Part shown: positions 56,201-64,000 of the stretch, one piece after another
How positions within the stretch are numbered: position 1 is the first letter of the stretch
Layout: each line of letters opens with the position of its first letter
Source of the DNA: Tubulanus polymorphus
Taxonomy: Eukaryota > Animalia > Nemertea
Assembly: GCF_964204645.1 (NCBI RefSeq)
Contig: NC_134025.1
Coordinates: 3,844,001 to 3,908,000 of the forward strand
Length of the DNA stretch: 64,000 bases
Direction: 5' to 3'
The notes under the pieces: generated by a model
Seen by the model: only the letters and a program-made list of their open reading frames with translations
The model's database searches: none
What the model was told of the DNA's origin: nothing
Position numbers and translations under genes: made by a program

Positions 56201-59200
56201 TATCTTGTTGTTGCATTGATTTTCCGGTGAGCAGATATTTTTAAGGTTATTTCTCATATTACTCGGAGGGGCTGCTGCTGCTATGAGTTGAGCGACACAG
56301 TGGCGAATACTCCTCCAGTTCAGTCGTATTATTAGCCGTGTACAGAGCAGTGATATAGCACAGGTTGCCATAGAAACCCAATAGAATATAAGGCATCACG
56401 AAGTTAATCACCTATCTACAGTAAATATGTCTACAGTATAAATTGACGTGTTCGTTTCATTTTTTTCCGATGTAGGATCGTCTTTTCAGTACCCCAAGTT
56501 CACTCACTACACTGGACCATATAGAGTATTTTCGGTATTTTTCAAGAAGCGGAATCTTGAGATTATTGATATAAAATGATAATGAGTCATACCACCCTCC
56601 TGTCTAGCGTCTACGTGATGAGCTAATGCTGATTCAGCTCATAGCTGGCTCTGCTATAACGTTGTTCTATTTATCAAATATGAAACTATCGCAGGGAATG
56701 AATCTGATATGTTACTGTATGCGAATTTCTGTATATATGTGAACAGTTTTCATCAAGCGATGAATTATATAATTATTGTATAATTACTGTATGAAATCTA
56801 TACAACTAGTTGCCATTCACGTTATAAATCAGCAAAGACCTACTTTAAATAACCTATAGTAAAAGGTTAGGCCGTATCGGTTGATAGCACTCACATTTGA
56901 CATTAAAAACTCTGATGAAAAAAAACTATTATGGTAGAGATGTTATTCATGTATTTTGTATATATAGATCCAAGACATTACATTCGAAGAAAGTGATAAC
57001 TCGGAAACGAAACAAGCCAAGGATGCTTTGTTACTTTGGTGCCAGATGAAAACAGCTGGATACGCTAATGTCAATGTCAGAAATTTCACAACAAGTTGGA
57101 AAGATGGCCTTGCTTTCAACGCCCTTATCCATAAACACAGGTAGCCACATTCAGCTAGTCACATTCAGCTATGGACATTTTTTATCTTATAATATTTTCC
57201 TTGTATTTTGAACTGATCAATTTCTTTTTTCTCATTTCAGGCCTGACCTTATTCCATATGAAAAACTTACTAAAGTCAATCCTTTATATAACCTGGAAAC
57301 TTCCTTTTCTACAGCTGAGGATAAATTGGGTCTTACACAACTTCTCGACCCTGAAGGTTTGTTCAGAGCTAAACACGTCGAAGTTCAATTGGAAAATGTA
57401 TTCCGAGCTTAATTTTATTCGAACTTGTTAAATTCAGATGTGAATGTTGAACATCCCGATGAAAAATCAATCATTACCTACGTGGTAACTTACTACCACT
57501 ACTTCTCTAAAATGAAGGCCGAATCTGTACATAGCAAGCGTATTGGAAAGGTAAGAAGAGTGAAATTTGAGAGTTAAGTCCATGGACGAGAAAATCTCAC
57601 GGAAAGAAATACCGATGGATAATTGTTGTTTTGATCGATAGGTTGTTGGTCACGCCGTAGAGAACGAGCACATGATGGAAGAATACGAGAGTCTAACGTC
57701 GGATCTGTTAGAATGGATTCAACAAACGATCTCTACTTTAAACGACCGAACATTCTCGAATTCCTTGCAAGGTGTACAGCAACAACTTGCGCAATTCAAT
57801 TCCTATCGAACTGTCGAAAAACCACCCAAGTAAGTTACACATTTCATATGATATAGACCCCTTAAACTTATGAACCATGCCACCGATCACCTGAGCATTT
57901 TTGACAAAATTATATGTCCCTGCTGTAATTTTGTTTGCCTGATATTGATTAAAACCTTGGGATAATTCTCCACGAAAACATTTAGAACTCTTATGGGCTT
58001 AAGTTATCTATTGAATGATCATATTTTAGACATCGTTTTACAAAGATTGTTTTATACCGCAATTTTCAGATTCGTTGAGAAGGGCAACTTGGAAGTTTTG
58101 CTGTTTACTCTGCAGAGTAAAATGCGAGCAAACAATCAGAAACCATATTACCCTAAAGAAGGCAAGCTTATATCCGATATCAACAAGGCGTGGGAAAGAC
58201 TGGAGAAAGCTGAACACGAACGCGAGCTGGCTCTCAGGGAAGAACTTATCAGGTGAGTTACTTTGAAAAGAAATGAATTTATCAGCAATCATTGAAAAGT
58301 TAGTTAAGTAACTGTAGTATTTATTCTGCGTGAATCATTCTTTACAGACAAGAAAAACTTGAACAACTGGCAGCTAGATTCGACCGTAAAGCCGGTATGC
58401 GTGAAACGTGGTTGAGTGAGAACCAGCGTCTCGTCGCTCAGGATAATTTCGGCTACGATTTAGCAGCCGTCGAAGCCGCAACGAAGAAACACGAAGCTAT
58501 CGAAACGGATATCAACGCCTACGAGGAACGCGTGCAAGCGGTCATCGCCGTCGCCGAGGAACTGAAGCAAGAAAACTACCACGACTTTGAAAGAATTGAC
58601 GCAAGGTTCGTATCATTGCGCAATGTGTTTATAGTACACTTCCGGATCGGGGAAACTTAAGGAATTCTATTTCCTTAAAAATCCAGAGAATTTGAATTTT
58701 TAGTGTCTTGTTCTTATTGCTGGGGACTAGTGGCTGAAGGTATCTCTTTGATAAAAACCCGCACCGGGGATATCTATGATTTAATCTGGAAATGTTTGCT
58801 CAAGAAGAAAAATTAGGGCAAATATCAGAATTTTAGATTCTCCGATCATCTGTAAGAACCTTGAAATGATTTGATAATTCGCTATTTTTTCTATATTCAT
58901 CGGGTGTATATTTTATCAGGAAAGAGAATGTTCTACGTTTGTGGACGTACCTACTGGAATTACTGCGCGCTCGCCGACTCAGATTAGAGCTGTCCTTGTC
59001 TCTGCAGAAGATCTTCCAAGAGATGTTATACATCCTCGATTGGATTGATGAAATCAAGGTACAAAAACACTTACTGATGCACTGATCTAGAAAACTCTTT
59101 GAGTCAGAAAAGTTATTTGAATAGAGTATTTGACAAATTTATTCAAATACTTGGAAAACTAGGGGAATTTGTAAAGCGATCCAGTATAGCGATTATTGAT

Positions 59201-62200
59201 TTGTAATTGAAGAATCAGTTTCTTATTCAGTGAAATATGTTGTATTTGGTTTTTTAGAGTCGTTTGTTATCGGAAGATTACGGTAAACATCTGATGGGTG
59301 TTGAAGACTTGTTGCAGAAACACAGTCTTCTCGAAGCCGATATCAACGTAGTCGGAGACCGAGTGAAGGCAGTGAATGGATCCGCTGAGAAATACGTTAC
59401 CGGTGATCTACCTGAAGAAGCTGGAGGTAAGATTCACCGACTTACAGGATTCATACTAAATTCCTCCTAATTGAAAAATTATTTTCCAGGACTGAATATC
59501 CTCTTGATTTTTGAAATTATTCTGTAACTCCTTGAATTTTGGGAGTCTTAAAATTTTCAAGTCTATTCTTTTCCTGGCCTAATCAGCCAAGTACCCATAG
59601 ACTGTATAAGATTGAACCCAGTGTCTCGTTCAAACTTCGGTATTTATTGAATTGACTCATTGCAGACTACCGACCGTGTGATACACAGATCGTCACTGAT
59701 CGTATGTCACATCTGAGCGCTGCGTACGAGGAACTATTGCAACTAGCAGCCGACCGTCGCTCGCGTCTGGAGGATTCGCGTAAGATGTGGCAGTTCTACT
59801 GGGATATGGCCGATGAAGAGGGCTGGATCAAGGAGAAAGAACAGCTGATGTCATCGCCAGATCTCGGTCATGACCTCACAACAGTTCATCTTCTCATCAA
59901 CAAGCATAAGGTATAGAATTAAATCATTTCACATATGATAATAGGGATATCAATCATTGAAGTAACGGAGATGGCGCTAAATCCAGCGAAAATGCTTTAC
60001 AGATGATGAATTGTTTCCTAAAAAGGGAAACATTGCAGAGGCTTCTTGAATTCATCGATGGATGAGATGGCCTCGATAAAAAACAGATGCTGTACATTAT
60101 GATCAATATGTATGTATTTGTTTTGTAGGGTATGGAAGATGAACTCCAAGCTCGTCACAGTCATCTCCAGGGTGTGATAAAGGTCGGCGAAGATCTTATC
60201 GAAGCCGGTAACTTCGCCGCTGATAAGATCAAGATTCGGATCGACGAAATCAACCAACAATGGGAGAACCTGATCGAACTGGCCGCGTACAGAAAGAAAC
60301 GTTTATTGGAAGCGCTCGATTTCTACCAGGTGAATTTCATATTCTCGGTCAATTCGATGACTAATGAGGTTTTAAACGCGTGAATATTGTTTGAAATTGC
60401 GATTTCGTTTGTAGTTTTTCGCCGATGCTGATGATGTCGACACGTGGATGTTGGACACATTGCGTATCGTTTCGAGTGAGGATGTAGGACACGATGAATC
60501 CAGTGTTCAATCACTATTGAAAAAACACAAGGTGAGAAATATTATATTACCATTCGTCGGCTAATGTTTACAGTTAGTCCGTTTCAGTCGATGGAGATTT
60601 TAATGTAGAAAATGATACTTTCTTCATTAACAGTCGCTGCTTTCAATGTTTGAACCTTCTTTTGTGAGTGGCAAATAATCATTACGTTAACAGCCAATTT
60701 CATTGTTGAGTTGAAAAACAGAACAGTTTACAAGCGACAAGATTGTCTATGTTTACTGTTAATTTTAGTTTTATTGTTGATTTTATTTCTTTGTTTGGGA
60801 AGAAGTTTCTTTTGTTTGATATTGATGTTTGTTGAATCATTGTTATAGTGTTTACGTTTTATTTCATCAATTTTAGGATGTAACTGATCAATTGGAGAAC
60901 TATCGTACCGTAATTGATGCATTGCGCGAACAGGCTAGTAACTTGGGAGAACAAGTAAGTGATGATTCCGTAAAATATCTCGCGATGTTTTTAATTCATT
61001 CACTTATCGTAAATTCAATATTTGTATTTTCACGTTTTAGGATAAAGATTCGCAAGAAGTTCAAGGTCGTCTCGCTAGTATCGAACGTCGCTATAACGAA
61101 CTGCTTGAATTGGCTAAACTGCGTAAACAGCGATTGTTGGATGCTTTGTCTCTGTATAGATTGTACAATGACGCCGACACAGTTGAAGTGTGGATTTCTG
61201 AAAAGGTATTTATACATTTAGAATACAGTCGCGCAAGTCTCTTTAAAATGGCAAGTTTGTAAACTGTCTATTTCGAGAGATAAGTAATACATGGCAAATT
61301 TGATTAGAGGGGGCTGATGATTTAAGAGGGGCACTGAAACATACATGTGGTAGGATTTTGATTTAGGGAAAGTGGAGAAACCGTTAATGAAGAACTCTTT
61401 TAAGTTCATTAGCTGACTGGTTTTGTGTGGTTTTACAGGAGAAATTACTGGCTACAATGGTTCCTGGTGACGATATTGAAGAATTAGAAATAATTCGACA
61501 TCGTTTTGATGGTTTCGAACACGAGATGCAAGTGAACGCTTCTAAAGTTGAAAACGTGAACCAAATAGCTCGTCAACTCCTGCAAGTTGAACATCCTAAT
61601 GCCGATGATATCCTGGCCCGACAGCAACAACTCAACGACAGGTAACTTATTAGATGGCAGGTTCTTAAAGCATTCAAATATAGGGACATGGGCTCATAAT
61701 ATGAATGTTTTTCAGATGGGCTCATCTGCAGTCAATCGTCGAGGACAAACGTAAGAGCCTAGGCACAGCATACGGCATCAAGACTTTCCATATCGAGATC
61801 ACTGAAACAGTCACCTGGATTCGTGAGAAAACCAAACTGGTCGAATCGACCGATGAATTGGGTAATGATTTAGCCAGTGTTATGGTTCTACAACGTAAAC
61901 TCAGCGGAATGGAGAAAGACTTGGAAGCTATCGAAGCGAAGGTCGATTCGTTGAATGCCGAAGCCGATCGTCTGTGTGACGAGAAACCGGAAGAGGCTGC
62001 GGCAATCAGGGAACAAGTTACACGCATTACCGAAGTGTGGACAGAATTGAAAGATCAGGTACAAGAGATATTAGTTATATGTTCAACTATTAAATGTACA
62101 ACGAATACTGGATGTTAATGATGTGAATTTTTGTTTGATTACAGTTGAAAGAACGAGATGAGAAACTGAATGAATCGAGCGAATTACAGAAGTTCTTACA

Positions 62201-62678
62201 GAATCTTGATCACTTCCAAGCTTGGCTTTCACGTACCCAGACAGCGATCGCTTCTGAGGATATCCCACAAGACTTGGTACAAGCCGAACAGTTGTTGAAT
62301 GAACATCAACAGATTAAAGAAGAGATCGATGGCTACGCGCCTGAATATGAAAAAATGAAAGATTACGGAAACAAGGTCACCGAAGGACAAAGCGACGCTC
62401 AGTACATGTTCTTGAGCCAGAGATTACAGGCCCTGGACGATGGATGGAATGAGCTTCATCAGATGTGGGATAACCAACAAAATCTTCTCACTCAAGGCAT
62501 GAACTTACAGGTAAGTGACCACCATCTATTGACGAATATTTCAAATGATATCGGCTGTGTTTTGTCTTAGTGCTAAATATTACATTTGTCATCATTTCAG
62601 GTGTTCTTACGCGATAGTATCCAATGCGAAGTACAGTTAAGCAAGCAAGAAAACTTCCTAGCTAAAGATGATGTACCT
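53218..62678 (+). CDS. SPTBN1: Spectrin beta chain (conventional beta-G type), 5' portion; gene continues past the window
   Basis: [14 protein letters not shown]|[19 protein letters not shown] (CH1), [16 protein letters not shown] (CH2), [59 protein letters not shown], then successive spectrin repeats; ~20 GT-AG exons. The symbol denotes the family co-ortholog. Confidence 0.95.
54320..54383 (+). CDS. Alternative first coding exon of beta-spectrin ([21 protein letters not shown])
   Basis: ATG-initiated, ends TTGGCAG|GTATGA in phase 1 exactly like exon 53218-53320 (TTGGCAG|GTATGT); 80 nt intron to the DERETVQ exon. Confidence 0.75.
55899..56160 (+). mobile_element. Non-autonomous DNA transposon (MITE-like) in a spectrin intron
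   Basis: Imperfect terminal inverted repeats CAAGGTGGCC...GTCACCCTG and three internal CTCAGGGAATT motifs; decayed look-alikes at ~58650, ~59150 and ~59460-59580 (reverse). No clear TSD. Confidence 0.6.
60634..60663 (+). CDS. Candidate 30-nt in-frame cassette exon of beta-spectrin ([10 protein letters not shown])
   Basis: TTTCTTCATTAACAG acceptor and GTGAGT donor, phase 0-0 matching the flanking exons, inside an unusually long intron. Confidence 0.45.
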
Positions 62679-63371
62679 GTAAGTAGCTATCAGAATATGA
62701 ACATTTTAATTTATTTACAAGTTTCGTCTCACTATTATTCAATTTCATTGAAGTGCAAGTCATTTATTTTACATTACCATTATATTTAACAGTGGCAACG
62801 AAATCTTGATGATTCAAATGTCAAAAATAGGTGGCAGATCATACCTTCATGGACTGAAGCTTAGGTCTCTTCCTTAATGTTTGAATATAAATAATGCATA
62901 GAAAGACCTTAGAAATTATATTTCATTTAGAAAATTAACGATAAAAATGATTTTGATCTTTGCCACTCAATGAGTTTCATTTAATACCCATCTTTGCTGG
63001 TGTAACATTCTTGTGAAATTTTGTCCTTAGATCACTATATAAGTATTAAGTGTTCATAAGCAACACCAACTCGTTACACTGCTTGAATTCCATTGCTTTT
63101 GTAGAATATTTAGAAAGTCCATCGATATTTATGTTTCTAGATACCACGGCTCTTGCTTTATGCATATAGCCACGGTACGAAAAAATGATAGCTTTAAATA
63201 TATCTCTAGATTGATATCGATATTAGTTTTTGTGCTATATTTCATATGAACTAGAATTGTAACATATCAATATGCAGTGTCTTTGCACTGGTCGTGTTTC
63301 TATGTGTATGTTAGTTAACAAAGATATAAATACATAAACGAAAACTGATTTTCAACGATTCTGTTGCACAG

Positions 63372-63398
63372 AGCACCCAGGTTGGACGTGATAAACAG
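63372..63398 (+). CDS. Candidate 27-nt microexon of beta-spectrin (STQVGRDKQ)
   Basis: TTCTGTTGCACAG acceptor and CAG|GTAAAG donor, phase 0-0 after ...KDDVP, no stop. Confidence 0.6.
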
Positions 63399-64000
63399 GT
63401 AAAGAAATGAAATACCTACAAACAAACAAAACACTGATTTGACTATAGCGAGCAGCATGATGGCCCGACGTGTGATTTCCCTTTTAATCTCATCTCATCG
63501 TTGTTTTCCCTCTAGATGTTCGTTCACTTGTTGTCAACGTTATCGATGTTGGCCACGGAGGACGTTCTGTTCATCTATTATTGCACTGTTTGTTCTCTCA
63601 CTTGTCTAAGCGTCGCCGATGATATGTCCGTTTGAAATTGTCATCGTTATTTCGACGTGATAAACTGAATGTAGCTCTTCGACTTAGACGAGTGTGAATC
63701 ATGCTCTTAAATTCCATATTCTTCTCAACTGATTATATCACTGTAGAATATGGGAATCATTTTCATCGCTGACATCTTTATATCGATCACAAGTAAAATC
63801 TCTTAAAGAATTGAGAATCAAGTTTATGTGATTATGATATAAACTTGTCAGTAATCTCAGTGTTGACATTTTCTGTGAATATGTTATACAGCCTTCCCCC
63901 GGACCCTCGAACCCGTCACCATTTCATATTTCAGCTCACTAACAAACTCATCATATTATGTGTAGGTTTAGAAACTGTTTATGTGTGTTTGAACATTCCT

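Overview
AT-rich (~35% GC by eye) eukaryotic genomic DNA from an invertebrate animal, probably a spiralian/lophotrochozoan-type bilaterian (inferred from gene content and very short ~70-100 nt GT-AG introns). The first ~23 kb is a gene desert with one intronless class III POU homeobox gene (minus strand). From 23 to 50 kb lies a compact cluster of seven genes in strictly alternating orientation: PLAC8/cornifelin-like (+), a Gal/GlcNAc-6-O-type carbohydrate sulfotransferase (-), CDK7 (+), CLASRP (-), an unrecognised acidic protein (+), CoREST/RCOR (-) and VPS39 (+). The 5' part of beta-spectrin (+) follows and runs off the window. I found no rRNA, intact tRNA, CRISPR or transposase ORF, only small MITE-like remnants. 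The most interesting signals are at the RNA-processing level: an alternative first coding exon and frame-preserving microexons in beta-spectrin, a 4.5 kb VPS39 intron rich in TGCATG motifs with stop-containing exon candidates, a possible exitron in VPS39, AS-NMD-like donors in CLASRP, a GATA-like zinc finger in CoREST, and identical Pol III B-boxes in two divergent promoters. All exon calls were made by eye, without alignment tools or transcript data.
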